Positions 41,059 through 50,602 of a stretch of DNA of 64,000 bases are shown piece by piece. The stretch is from an uncultured Armatimonadetes bacterium (GTDB lineage: Bacteria > Armatimonadota > UBA5829 > DTJY01), in contig OY970325.1 in NCBI GenBank assembly GCA_963717145.1, positions 2,336,001 through 2,400,000 on the forward strand. Direction: 5' to 3'. The position numbers and the translations under genes are program-made. Every line of letters begins with the position of its first letter. Position 1 is the first letter of the stretch. Under the pieces are notes generated by a model that had not been told where the DNA came from, ran no database searches, and saw only the letters and a program-made list of their open reading frames with translations.

Positions 41059-41925
41059 CTACCCCGCGCGGCGGGCGATGACGGTGCGCCATTCGCCTTC
41101 CGAGGTGGTCTCGGCGATATCGAAGCCCGCATTCCTGAGCGCCTGCTCGACATCAAGAACCAGTTCCTCGATGATCCCTGACGCGATCAGTATGCCTCCG
41201 GTCCGGAGCACGCCGGCCATGACATCGACATTCTCGATGATCGTCCGCCCGATCAGATTCGCGGTCATCAGGTCGATCGACTGCCCGACGAACCGCAGGT
41301 TGTCGGTCTGATGGACTTCGATCCTGTCATCGACTCCGTTGGCCACCACGTTTTCCCTGGCGACCCGGACGGCAGTCTCATCGACATCGAAGGCGATCAC
41401 GAGGCCGGCCCCGAGCATGGCAGCCGCGATGGCCAGGATGCCTGAGCCGGTACCGAAGTCCACGACCCTGCTGCGCGGCCTGAGGTATTTCTCGAGCGCG
41501 ATGATGCAGAGCCTGGTCGTCGGGTGGAGGCCGGTGCCGAAAGCCATTCCGGGATCGAGCACGATCACCCGCTCGCCCTGCTTCGGGGCATATTCCTCCC
41601 ACGGCGGCCTGATCACGATCCGGCTGCCGGGCTTCGTGGCATGATAGAACGCCTTCCACGCCTCCGCCCAGTCCTCATCCTCCGCGTACTTGACGGTGAT
41701 CTCGCCGGGCCCTGAATCGAGGCCGAAATCGGGCAGTTCGCGAACCCTGCTGCGGATGACGAGCAGACGCTGCTCCAATTGGTCGTCCACGGGCAGGTAG
41801 CACTTGACGACGACAGGGGCTTCGCCTTCGATGGCAACGCCCCCGCATCCGGTCTCCATCATTATGTTCGACACCGCGTCTTCTGCCTGCGGTGTGGTGG
41901 TCACTTCGATATCAGCCCAACGCAT
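41059..41925 (-). CDS. prmA: Ribosomal protein L11 methyltransferase
   Basis: EDWAEAWK, LDPGMAFGTGLHPTT, DFGTGSGIL; downstream of dnaJ. Confidence 0.95.
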   Translation of the reverse strand: MRWADIEVTTTPQAEDAVSNIMMETGCGGVAIEGEAPVVVKCYLPVDDQLEQRLLVIRSRVRELPDFGLDSGPGEITVKYAEDEDWAEAWKAFYHATKPGSRIVIRPPWEEYAPKQGERVIVLDPGMAFGTGLHPTTRLCIIALEKYLRPRSRVVDFGTGSGILAIAAAMLGAGLVIAFDVDETAVRVARENVVANGVDDRIEVHQTDNLRFVGQSIDLMTANLIGRTIIENVDVMAGVLRTGGILIASGIIEELVLDVEQALRNAGFDIAETTSEGEWRTVIARRAG

Positions 41926-42013
41926 GGCGGCCTCCGGCCGAGTACAAAGAATCGGAAGTACAAAGTACAAAGACAGCAAGAGCCGATCCTGTCGTCGGGG
42001 GATCGGTAGAGCC

Positions 42014-42069
42014 GTAGGGGAGGCCCTCAACGGCCTCCCGCTGGGCGGGCGTAGAAGCACCGCCCCTAC
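42014..42069. repeat. GTAG-type REP doublet, degenerate
   Basis: GTAGGGGAGGCC...GGCCTCCC...CGCCCCTAC between dnaJ and prmA. Confidence 0.65.
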
Positions 42070-42073
42070 GGTG

Positions 42074-43219
42074 TCATTTTCCCAGCAGCTTGTCGATGAA
42101 GCCGCGTCCGCCGTCGGGATTGACCTCGATGCCGCTGGCCTTGGCGTATTCGGCGAGGAGCTTCTTCTGCTCGGCGCTCAGCTTCTTAGGCACTTCCAGA
42201 CGCACGGTCACATGCTGATCGCCCCTGCGACCATTGTGCAGGTTCGGCAGACCCTGGCCGTCGAGCCTGAACGACTCGCCCGGCTGCGTCCCATGAGGAA
42301 TATGGAGATTCTCGACTCCCCCGCCGATCGTCGGTACCTCGATCCGGTCGCCAAGTGTCGCCTGCACCAGGTTGATCGGAATCTCGGAGAAGAGGTCGTC
42401 GCCGTTACGCTGAAAGACATCGTGCGGCTTCACATACGTGACAACGTACAGGTCGCCGGCCGGACCGCCTCTCGCGCCGGAGTCTCCCTCGCCTCGAAGA
42501 CGCATCCGACTGCCATCCTCTATGCCTCCGGGAATGCGGATGGCCCGCTCGCTCGATTTGCGCGCCCTGCCCTCTCCGCCACAGACCTGACAGGGATCCT
42601 TGATCATGAAGCCTCGTCCCCGGCAGACGGGACATGGGACAACTGAGGAGATCGATCCGAGGATCGTGTGCTGGCTGTGTCTGACCTGACCGGCGCCCTG
42701 ACAGTGAGCGCAAGTCTCGGGCGCGGTTCCGGGGCGGACCCCGGAGCCGTCGCAGCTCTCGCAGCGCTCGTACTTCGCCAGCCGAAGGGTCTTCTCGACG
42801 CCCGTCGCGACCTCTTCCAGCGTAAGGGTCAAGTCGTAGCGGAGGTCCGCGCCGGCCTCTCCCACGCTTCTCCTGCCGGACGCACCACGCCCCTGGCCGC
42901 CGAAGAACATCTCGAAGATGTCGCCGAACCCACCGACGTCAGCGAAGCCGCCCTCGAACCCGAAGCCCGAGCCGGGACTGCGTCCGTTGGTATTAAGACC
43001 CTCGTGGCCGAAGCGGTCGTACGTCCCTCGTTTCTCGGGATCGCTGAGGACTCCATACGCCTCGTTGATCTCCTTGAAGTGGTTTTCGGCTTCGATATTG
43101 CTCTGATTGACGTCCGGGTGGTGCTTTCGAGCCAATCGGCGGTAGGCTTTCTTGATGTCCTCCGCCGATGCGCCCCTCTCCACGCCCAGAATCTCGTAAT
43201 AATCGCGCTTCACATGCAT
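42074..43219 (-). CDS. dnaJ: Chaperone DnaJ
   Basis: J domain with HPD, G/F-rich region, four CxxCxGxG repeats. Confidence 0.98.
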   Translation of the reverse strand: MHVKRDYYEILGVERGASAEDIKKAYRRLARKHHPDVNQSNIEAENHFKEINEAYGVLSDPEKRGTYDRFGHEGLNTNGRSPGSGFGFEGGFADVGGFGDIFEMFFGGQGRGASGRRSVGEAGADLRYDLTLTLEEVATGVEKTLRLAKYERCESCDGSGVRPGTAPETCAHCQGAGQVRHSQHTILGSISSVVPCPVCRGRGFMIKDPCQVCGGEGRARKSSERAIRIPGGIEDGSRMRLRGEGDSGARGGPAGDLYVVTYVKPHDVFQRNGDDLFSEIPINLVQATLGDRIEVPTIGGGVENLHIPHGTQPGESFRLDGQGLPNLHNGRRGDQHVTVRLEVPKKLSAEQKKLLAEYAKASGIEVNPDGGRGFIDKLLGK

Positions 43220-43245
43220 GTCTTGCTATCAGCAGTCGAGGAAAA

Positions 43246-43738
43246 CTACTCCTCCACCCCCCGGTCGCCATTCTCAGGAATCGACAGCAGATCCTCGGGG
43301 TTCAGTTCGCCCTCGCCTTCCTCGTCCTCTTCCTCTTCTTCTTCCTCTACCTCATCGTCGCCGAGTTCCTGGAGTTCCTCGATGCCCAACTCGAGGATGC
43401 CGGCTTCGGCCTCTTCCTCTTCCGGCTCGATCTTCAACAACTCAGAGACAGGAGACGGTTGAGGTCGCTCGATCGGCCCGAGTCCGCGTCTCTCCCGCTC
43501 GGCGGCCTCGACCTGCTCGGCGGAGGGCAGGATGACGTTTACCTTGCCCGCTGCGATCTCTTCCATCGCGATCACGATGGGGTTGGTGGACTCGCTGTCC
43601 ACCATTATAGGCGAGCCCTCTCTGATCTGCTTCGCACGCTTAGCAACCGCGATAACTAATGAATATTTGCTGCCCACTTTTGTTCTCCACTCCGTCAGCC
43701 GACAGATTGAACGGCGTCGGCGAAATATGACCTTTCAC
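43246..43738 (-). CDS. rpoZ: RNA polymerase omega subunit with long acidic tail; probable frameshift at 43678-43681
   Basis: SKYSLVIAVAKRAKQI, P..IAMEEI..GK; removing one base from the A4 run joins GTG(43738)-KGHISPTPFNLSADGVENK to VGSKY. Confidence 0.85.
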
Positions 43739-43845
43739 CTGAGTGACACAACGAAAGCCTGTTACCTGCGCCACGAACCAGATGTCTCGGCAATATTACA
43801 TTATAGTTCCCAAGATCGTCTGATGTCAATGGCTACACGATGAAT

Positions 43846-44022
43846 GGGTGCATTTCCGCAGAGTGGGTCAGCCTCTCGTTATGCCACCAGAGTGGCTACT
43901 CGAGGAGAACGGTTGGGTGGTCTGCCGGACTCCACAGTCCCCAGCCCCCGTCTGGTCTCGAGTAGGTTTCTCTGGAAACCATAACGAGAGACGGTCGCCA
44001 CCCACTCAACTCCAATACACCC
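43846..44022. mobile_element. MITE-like element, copy 2 (opposite orientation)
   Basis: Reverse-complement homolog of 7732-7961 with one internal unit; ends GGGTGCATT / AATACACCC. Confidence 0.75.
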
Positions 44023-44052
44023 AGAGAAATCGCACGGCAAGCAAACTTTCAC

Positions 44053-44082
44053 TTGACATCATCGGCGGGCGGGCGTTAGAAT
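44053..44082 (+). promoter_or_regulatory. Sigma70-type promoter of the B12 operon
   Basis: TTGACA-18 nt-TAGAAT just upstream of the riboswitch. Confidence 0.6.
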
Positions 44083-44104
44083 ACGGTGGTTCACAACCTA
44101 ATAT

Positions 44105-44277
44105 GTGCCAGTCGGGTATTTTGGGAAGCCGGTGAGAATCCGGCGCTGCCCCGCAACTGTAACCGCCGACGACGCGCGCAATACGCCACTGTCCTTCAAA
44201 AGGCCTCGAAACAATCATTCGAGGCCGGGATGGGAAGGCGCGCGCTGAGGATGACGCGGAAGCCAGGAGACCGGACC
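44105..44277 (+). ncRNA. Cobalamin riboswitch (boundaries approximate)
   Basis: GGGAAGCCGGTGAGAATCCGGCGCTGCCCCGCAACTGTAA, GCCACTG, GGGAAGG, B12 box AAGCCAGGAGACC; lies upstream of B12 genes. Confidence 0.95.
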
Positions 44278-44431
44278 CGTGCTGGATCACGACACCACTT
44301 CGCGGGAAATGTGGTGCGGGTCAGTCGGCTTATCGACCATACTCTGCACCTCTGTCACGCAACGTGGCAGAGGTGTTGTCGTTTATGGAGCAGGTCCGAT
44401 CCCCGTGCCACGGAAAAAGGAGGGTCGGACA

Positions 44432-44998
44432 ATGCTATTCACCGGTCAAGGCGATGCAGGCTACACCAGCGTTATCGGCGGCGCGTCGCTCCTCAAATGC
44501 GACGTGCGCCTGGAAGCCCTCGGCGCCCTCGACGAAGCCCAGGCACACCTCGGTCTGGCGCGCGCCCTGGCGAGCACTCCAGCGGCGGACAGCCTCAAAC
44601 GCGTGCAGTCGGATCTGCGTCTCCTCATGGCAGACTGCGCCACTGTTCACAGCGAGGACACCGTTGTGGGAGACATCTCCAGGCTGCCATCCGCGCCCCG
44701 ATCGTATCTGACCGAGCAGCATGTGATGCGTCTCGAGGATGAGTTGGCATCCTGGGAGAAGAGCTTGGGCGGATTCCATCAACTCACGATCCCCGGCGAC
44801 ACACTGCTTGGCGCCCATCTGCATGTGGCGCGGACCGCGATTCGGCGGGCTGAACGTCAGGCGGTCGCCCTCGATCAGACCGGCGGCATCGACGGCCCGA
44901 CCGTCCTCACCTATCTCAACCGGCTGTCGTCGTGGGTCTATGCGCTGGCCACGATTGCGGAGTCCGAGAACGCCCTCCCTGCGGAGGTCGTGACATGA
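44432..44998 (+). CDS. pduO: PduO-type cob(I)alamin adenosyltransferase
   Basis: FTGQGDAGYT, EALGALDE, HVARTAIRRAER, YLNRLS. Confidence 0.9.
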   Translation: MLFTGQGDAGYTSVIGGASLLKCDVRLEALGALDEAQAHLGLARALASTPAADSLKRVQSDLRLLMADCATVHSEDTVVGDISRLPSAPRSYLTEQHVMRLEDELASWEKSLGGFHQLTIPGDTLLGAHLHVARTAIRRAERQAVALDQTGGIDGPTVLTYLNRLSSWVYALATIAESENALPAEVVT

Positions 44999-45066
44999 GA
45001 TCGGACCGGGCTGCCTGTGAACGTCTTCCGAACAACACAACGCAAAGGAGTATGACAGAAGCAACC

Positions 45067-46962
45067 ATGTTCAAGTTCCACCACTGGGGCGCCCTGATCG
45101 CCCTTGGAGCACTGCTGATCCTGCCCGTGAAGGCACAGGTCGAAACGACCGAACCGGCGGACATACCCGAGGAAGTAGTCGTCGTCACCGCTGAGAAGAC
45201 TGCTCAGCCGGCAAGCGAATCCATTGCATCCACCACCGTGGTCACCGCCAAGCAGATAAGAGAGCAGGGGGCACAGACCGTCGCCGATGTGCTGCGGCTC
45301 GTTCCGGGAGTTACTCTGCGACAATCGGGACCGATGGGATCCAACGCCGCCGCATCAGTTCGCGGAACCGGCGCCAACCAGGTCCTTGTATTGATGGATG
45401 GACAGCGAATCAGCAGCCCGGCCTTTGCAAACGCGGACATGTCGAAATTCCCAATTGCGAACGCAGCCCGAGTCGAAGTGATCCGCGGCCCGGTATCGAG
45501 TCTCTACGGTTCGCAGGCCACCGGCGGAGTCATCAACATCATTACGAGAAAGCCGACCGGCTCAGGGGGGAACGCGACGTTTTCGCTCGGCGCGAATGAT
45601 CGGGCAGACCGATCGCTTTCCTTGAACGGAGACGATGGGCGGATCTCGTGGCAGTTGGCAGGCGATTTCCCCGAATACTCCGGCCAGCGACCGAACAGCG
45701 ATTACTCTGCAACCAACGTGTCCGCAAGCGTCGGACTCCCGGCCGCAGAGGGATGGGAGATGTCACTCAGGGGCGAGAGCTACCGAGATTCGCTGGGACT
45801 GCCGGGCGCAGATCCAAGCCATAATGGCCGTGCTGACCTGGACGATCATATGTGGTGGGATAGGACGAATGTCGGCCTCTCACTGGAGAAAGAGATCGGC
45901 AGCGGTCGCTTTGAACTGCAGGCATACCGAATCGACCAGAAGCTTCACAACGAGGCGCCCGGACTGGACTTCTTCACAGGCGATCCAGTGGTGTTCGATT
46001 CGCGGATCAGCGGAGTCGCGGATGCTGTGGATCTTTCCTACCATGCGGCCAGGGGCGCACATGAACTGGTCTTCGGCGGGGAATACAGGAAGGACAAGTA
46101 CAGGGATATCGAAACCGGTCCCTATGGGGACACTGATCAGCAAGAGCACGTTTCGAACAACGCGCTGTTCGTGCAGGACCGCTGGAATATCAGTGAGAAG
46201 ACTGATGTTGTGTTCGGGGCTCGCATGGACTACCACTCGACGGCGGGGAGCAAGATCACCCCGCGCATGGGCGTCAACTACGCCATTGCCTCCGGTACCC
46301 GCATCAGGGCTTCGTATGCCGAGGGCTTCCGGGCGCCGAACTTCGTGGAGTTGTACTATCCGGCCACTTTCGGGCCAGGGTACAGCGGAAACCCGGACCT
46401 CAAGCCGGAAAAGAGTCGCCAGTATGAGATCGGCCTGAATATGCAGCATGGGAGCGATGCCCTTGACTTCACCATCTTCAACACAGCGGTAAGAGACTTG
46501 ATCCAGGCGACTTCCAGCACGCCACATGAGAACATCGGCCGGGCTCGCCAGCGCGGATTCGAGTTATCATGGGCGCGTCGGCTCACCGATTCCTCGAGCC
46601 TCAGCATGTCCTACACCTACGTCGATGCGAGTGATCTCGCAAAGGACGCGCGACTCCTGAGAGTGCCTCACAACCACGTAGCGGTGGCGATTTCAGGTCT
46701 CGTGAAGTCATGGAGGGTCGGCTTGACGGGCCGGTGGACAGACGACAGGCCGGACACGTCCTTCGACCCCGACACGTTTGCCTCGTCCAGCGTGATGGTC
46801 CCCGGGCGGGCGATCCTCGACCTTACGCTCACCAAGCAGGGTACCGGACGGACCAATCCGTACATTGTCATCCGCAACCTGTTCAATACATCATATGAGG
46901 AAGTGTACGGCTACCCGGCGGAAGGGATCAGCATCGAAGCCGGCATGCGCACGGGGTGGTAA
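45067..46962 (+). CDS. btuB: TonB-dependent receptor, probably for cobalamin
   Basis: EEVVVVTA TonB box, plug domain RVEVIRGP.SSLYG...GGVINIIT, GNPDLKPE, terminal W; riboswitch context. Confidence 0.85.
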   Translation: MFKFHHWGALIALGALLILPVKAQVETTEPADIPEEVVVVTAEKTAQPASESIASTTVVTAKQIREQGAQTVADVLRLVPGVTLRQSGPMGSNAAASVRGTGANQVLVLMDGQRISSPAFANADMSKFPIANAARVEVIRGPVSSLYGSQATGGVINIITRKPTGSGGNATFSLGANDRADRSLSLNGDDGRISWQLAGDFPEYSGQRPNSDYSATNVSASVGLPAAEGWEMSLRGESYRDSLGLPGADPSHNGRADLDDHMWWDRTNVGLSLEKEIGSGRFELQAYRIDQKLHNEAPGLDFFTGDPVVFDSRISGVADAVDLSYHAARGAHELVFGGEYRKDKYRDIETGPYGDTDQQEHVSNNALFVQDRWNISEKTDVVFGARMDYHSTAGSKITPRMGVNYAIASGTRIRASYAEGFRAPNFVELYYPATFGPGYSGNPDLKPEKSRQYEIGLNMQHGSDALDFTIFNTAVRDLIQATSSTPHENIGRARQRGFELSWARRLTDSSSLSMSYTYVDASDLAKDARLLRVPHNHVAVAISGLVKSWRVGLTGRWTDDRPDTSFDPDTFASSSVMVPGRAILDLTLTKQGTGRTNPYIVIRNLFNTSYEEVYGYPAEGISIEAGMRTGW

Positions 46963-46988
46963 CTCCCCTGCTCGCAGAGGAGAGTCTG

Positions 46989-47017
46989 CTTGGCGTTCTT
47001 GGCATCTTGGCGGTTCC
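46989..47017 (-). repeat. (CGCCAAGA)n short repeat element
   Basis: Reverse complement GGAACCGCCAAGATGCCAAGAACGCCAAG nearly matches 57549-57577. Confidence 0.7.
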
Positions 47018-47107
47018 ATTGCGGATGTCGCCGCCGTGCAGAAAAACCCCCTCGGCCCGGAGGCCGGTCCCCCTTCGTAAGGGGGACATCTTGAAAGACA
47101 GGCACTC

Positions 47108-47650
47108 ATGGCGGATATCACTCTCATAACCGGAGGATGCAGGAGCGGGAAGAGCAGTCACGCCCAGAAGATGGCTGAGGATCTGCCCGGCCCGAGGGTG
47201 TACGTCGCCACATGCCCGCCGGTCGATGACGAGATAGAGTCACGCATCAGAAAGCATCGGGAGGGCCGCGACCCCATGAAGTGGAACACGGTCGAGGAGA
47301 CGCTCGACATTCCGTCAGTCCTGCGGAGCGAATCGGGACGGAGGGTGTTTCTCGTTGACTGCCTGGCGTTGTGGGTGAGCAACCTCATGTACGCCGCTCA
47401 GGTCGAGGGGCGCGACCTCACCGAGGAGGATATGGCGAACCGATGCGGAGAGTTGCTCGATGCCTGCGCCGAGATTGATGCCCGCGTCATCTTCGTCACC
47501 AACGAGGTCGGCGGGGGTATCGTGCCGGAGAACGCGGTGGCCCGACGCTATCGAGACCTGCTCGGACGGTGCAACCAGATTCTGGCACAAGAAGCGCGCA
47601 CGGCGATCATGATGGCGTGCGGCATACCGATCATCTTGAAAGAAGGTTAG
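47108..47650 (+). CDS. cobU: Adenosylcobinamide kinase / cobinamide-phosphate guanylyltransferase
   Basis: ITGGCRSGKS, RIRKHR..R, LVDCL, VTNEVG.GIVP. Confidence 0.95.
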   Translation: MADITLITGGCRSGKSSHAQKMAEDLPGPRVYVATCPPVDDEIESRIRKHREGRDPMKWNTVEETLDIPSVLRSESGRRVFLVDCLALWVSNLMYAAQVEGRDLTEEDMANRCGELLDACAEIDARVIFVTNEVGGGIVPENAVARRYRDLLGRCNQILAQEARTAIMMACGIPIILKEG

Positions 47651-47655
47651 ACAGC

Positions 47656-48720
47656 ATGTCCCTGCTACGGAAGACTATCGATTCGATAACACCACAGGAC
47701 GCGGAATGGCGCGCAAAGGCCGAGGAGCGGCTCTGCAAGCTGACGATGCCGCAGTGGGCGCTCGGGCGGCTGATGGACCTGGCGATCGATCTCGCCGGGA
47801 TCACACGCTCGCTCAACCCGCCGGTCCGGGAGCGGACCATCGTCGTCATGGCGGGCGACCACGGCGTGGCCGCCGAGGGTGTCAGCAAATACCCGCAGGA
47901 GGTGACGCTCCAGATGCTCGCCAACTTCGCGGCGGGCGGCGCGGGTGTGAATGCGCTGTGCCGAACCTGCGGCGACCGGGTGGTCGTCGTAGATATGGGG
48001 GTTGCCGGCGACACGTCCGAGATGGTGGCCTCAGGACAAGTGCTGGCGAGGCGGATCGGTTCGGGGACGGACAACATGGCGGTCGGGCCGGCAATGAGCA
48101 GAGAGGATGCCGTTCGCTCGATCGAGGCCGGCATCGAGATCGCGTATGAACTGGCCTCATCGACCGACATTTTCGGCGCGGGCGAGATGGGGATTGCCAA
48201 CACGACGCCGAGCAGTGCAATCATCGCCACTCTAGACAGCTCGAACGCCGTCGCGGTCGCCGGTCGTGGCACGGGTCTCGACGACGATCAGTTGAGGCGC
48301 AAGATCGAAGTCATCGAGAGAAGTCTGGCGACAAACCGCCCCGACCGCGAGGATGGGCTCGACATCCTGTCGAAGGTCGGCGGGTTCGAGATCGGCGGGA
48401 TCGCGGGCCTGATGCTCGGCGCGGCATCGCTCAGGAAGCCGATGCTCGTAGACGGCTTCATCTCGACCGCGGGCGCATTGATCGCGTGCAAGCTGGCTCC
48501 GTCGGCGGCGGACTATCTGATCGCCGCGCACTCCAGCGCCGAGCAGGGGCATCAAATCGCGCTCCGTCTGCTCGGCAAGGAGCCGCTGCTCGATCTGGGA
48601 TTGCGGCTCGGCGAAGGCACGGGGGCCGCGCTCGCGATGAACCTGGTCGACGCCGCCGCTCGGGTGCTCACTGAGGTCGCCACGTTCGAGGACGCGCAGG
48701 TTTCAGAGGCTGTGAGGTGA
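47656..48720 (+). CDS. cobT: Nicotinate-nucleotide-dimethylbenzimidazole phosphoribosyltransferase
   Basis: AGDHGV..EGVS.YP, GEMGIANTT, GGFEI, LRLGEGTGA. Confidence 0.96.
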   Translation: MSLLRKTIDSITPQDAEWRAKAEERLCKLTMPQWALGRLMDLAIDLAGITRSLNPPVRERTIVVMAGDHGVAAEGVSKYPQEVTLQMLANFAAGGAGVNALCRTCGDRVVVVDMGVAGDTSEMVASGQVLARRIGSGTDNMAVGPAMSREDAVRSIEAGIEIAYELASSTDIFGAGEMGIANTTPSSAIIATLDSSNAVAVAGRGTGLDDDQLRRKIEVIERSLATNRPDREDGLDILSKVGGFEIGGIAGLMLGAASLRKPMLVDGFISTAGALIACKLAPSAADYLIAAHSSAEQGHQIALRLLGKEPLLDLGLRLGEGTGAALAMNLVDAAARVLTEVATFEDAQVSEAVR

Positions 48721-49472
48721 GACCATTCTTCGCAGCGATCCGATTCCTGACGGTCATGCCGATACCGGAGTCATGGGCCGGCGGGGAAAAGGACCTCGCC
48801 CGAAGCACGCCGTTCTTCCCGGCGGTCGGATTGCTGATCGGAGCAATGATGGCGTTGGCGGACTACGGATTGCGCTGGGTGCTGCCGACGTTTCCTGCGA
48901 GTGTGATCGTGGTCATCGGCATGATCGCGATCTCGGGAGGCCTGCACCTCGACGGTCTGGCGGACACGGCGGACGGCGCGCTGAGTTCGCGGCCAAGGGA
49001 GCGGATTCTGGAGATCATGAAGGACAGCCGCACAGGGCCGATGGGCGTCGCGGCGGTGGTCTGCGTGGTCAGCCTGAAGATTGCGACATTGAGCGCCGTC
49101 CCTGCGCCGTTTCGGTCTGCGGCCATCCTGCTGATGCCGGTTGCCGGGCGGTTTGCCATAGTGATGATGATGTCCGTGCTCACCATCGCCAGGCACGAGG
49201 GGAGTCTTTCGTCGGTCTTCCTTCGAGATCGGTCAGCGCTGCAGATTGTGGTGGCAGTGGGGGTGCTTCTTGTGGTAGGCTGGATCGGCGCGAGTTGGAT
49301 GGGACTGACTGCGGGCGCGTTCTCGATCGCTGCGGGCCTTGTGTTCGCGGGCTACGTCCGAGGGAAGATCGGCGGGTTCACGGGCGATACCCTGGGAGCG
49401 GCTTGCGAGTTGGCGGAGATCGTTCCGGCGCTCGTGGCGGCAGCGTGGGCGCATGGGTTTGTCTCACCGTAG
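48717..49472 (+). CDS. cobS: Cobalamin (5'-phosphate) synthase
   Basis: FLT.MP, GGLHLDGLADTADG, IMKDSR.G, GGFTGDTLGA. Confidence 0.95.
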   Translation: MRPFFAAIRFLTVMPIPESWAGGEKDLARSTPFFPAVGLLIGAMMALADYGLRWVLPTFPASVIVVIGMIAISGGLHLDGLADTADGALSSRPRERILEIMKDSRTGPMGVAAVVCVVSLKIATLSAVPAPFRSAAILLMPVAGRFAIVMMMSVLTIARHEGSLSSVFLRDRSALQIVVAVGVLLVVGWIGASWMGLTAGAFSIAAGLVFAGYVRGKIGGFTGDTLGAACELAEIVPALVAAAWAHGFVSP

Positions 49473-49495
49473 GCGGGTGCGAGTATAGGCAGGAT

Positions 49496-49546
49496 CCCTG
49501 ACGACTCCCGACGTCGGGGCCGGCCCGACGACGGGAGTCGTCAGGG
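49496..49546. repeat. Inverted repeat/hairpin between cobS and exbB
   Basis: CCCTGACGACTCCCG...CGGGAGTCGTCAGGG. Confidence 0.7.
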
Positions 49547-49556
49547 GAGCAGGAGT

Positions 49557-50135
49557 ATGAGTATGAGTATGAGTCTTGGGCAGATGGTGCATGATCCGGT
49601 GCTGATCGTCCTGGCGCTTGGGTCGCTGGTATCGTGGGCTTTGATCGCCGATTCCCTGATCGCGCTGATCCGCTCGGCACGGGCGGACATGCGATTCGCG
49701 CATGGCGACCGAACCTCGACCTCGCCTCTGTGCTGCCTCCACAGCGAGGTGCAGAGGCACGACGGTACCCCTCGCGATCACTTGCTGACAGTGCTCGATA
49801 CCTCTATGGTCCTCCAGCGACAGAAGCTGGAGCGCGGGCTTCCCCTTCTCGGCGCGATAGGCAGCACGGCTCCGTACGTCGGGCTGCTCGGGACGGTCAT
49901 CGGGATCATTCAGGCATTCCAGGCCATCCAGGCGCAGAACAACATGAGCCCGTCGATCGTAGCGGGAGGAATCGCAACGGCGCTCATCGCAACGGCGATG
50001 GGCCTCGCGGTGGCGATCCCGGCGGTGGCGGCGCACCATCTGCTATCGTCTGCGATCAGCCGGCGGACAGCACAATGGGAGGCAATCGCGGCGGAGTGGC
50101 TGGCCGTCCTTCGGCGGGAAGGAGGCCGAACGTGA
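49557..50135 (+). CDS. exbB: MotA/TolQ/ExbB proton-channel protein (start uncertain)
   Basis: IGSTAPYVGLLGTVIGII.AF, GIATALIATAMGLAVAIPA. Confidence 0.9.
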   Translation: MSMSMSLGQMVHDPVLIVLALGSLVSWALIADSLIALIRSARADMRFAHGDRTSTSPLCCLHSEVQRHDGTPRDHLLTVLDTSMVLQRQKLERGLPLLGAIGSTAPYVGLLGTVIGIIQAFQAIQAQNNMSPSIVAGGIATALIATAMGLAVAIPAVAAHHLLSSAISRRTAQWEAIAAEWLAVLRREGGRT

Positions 50136-50602
50136 GTCTCTCCCGCTCGCGTAGGACCGAATCAGCGCCGAGGGTCGAGATCAACGTCGTCCCGCTGGTG
50201 GACGTATCGCTCGTGCTTCTGATCATCTTCATGGTCACAGCGACCTTCATCAAGGGCGCGGGCATGAGCATCCAGCTACCATCTTCGTCGGCGGCGCACG
50301 TTTCACAGCAGGCAAAGCGGGAACTGGTGATCGGCATCGATGCGACCGGCGGCTTCCTTTGGGACGGAGCACCGGTCAGCGACTCCGAACTCGCCGGCCT
50401 GCTCGGAAACGATGCACGGGAGAGCGGTATCGAGAGCAGAATCACCATTCGAGGCGACTCCCGGGCGGAGCACGGTCGGGTGGTTCGAGCGATGACTTTG
50501 GCACAGGAAGCCGGGTTCTCGCATCTTGTCATCGCGGTACGTCCTTCGATACACGCCCAGAGGCGCACTCAGGAGGAGGCAAGTGGGGATGCACTCCGCT
50601 AG
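50132..50602 (+). CDS. exbD: ExbD/TolR protein
   Basis: EINVVPLVDV.LVLLIIFMV, IRGD; GTG overlaps the exbB stop. Confidence 0.9.
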   Translation: MSLSRSRRTESAPRVEINVVPLVDVSLVLLIIFMVTATFIKGAGMSIQLPSSSAAHVSQQAKRELVIGIDATGGFLWDGAPVSDSELAGLLGNDARESGIESRITIRGDSRAEHGRVVRAMTLAQEAGFSHLVIAVRPSIHAQRRTQEEASGDALR

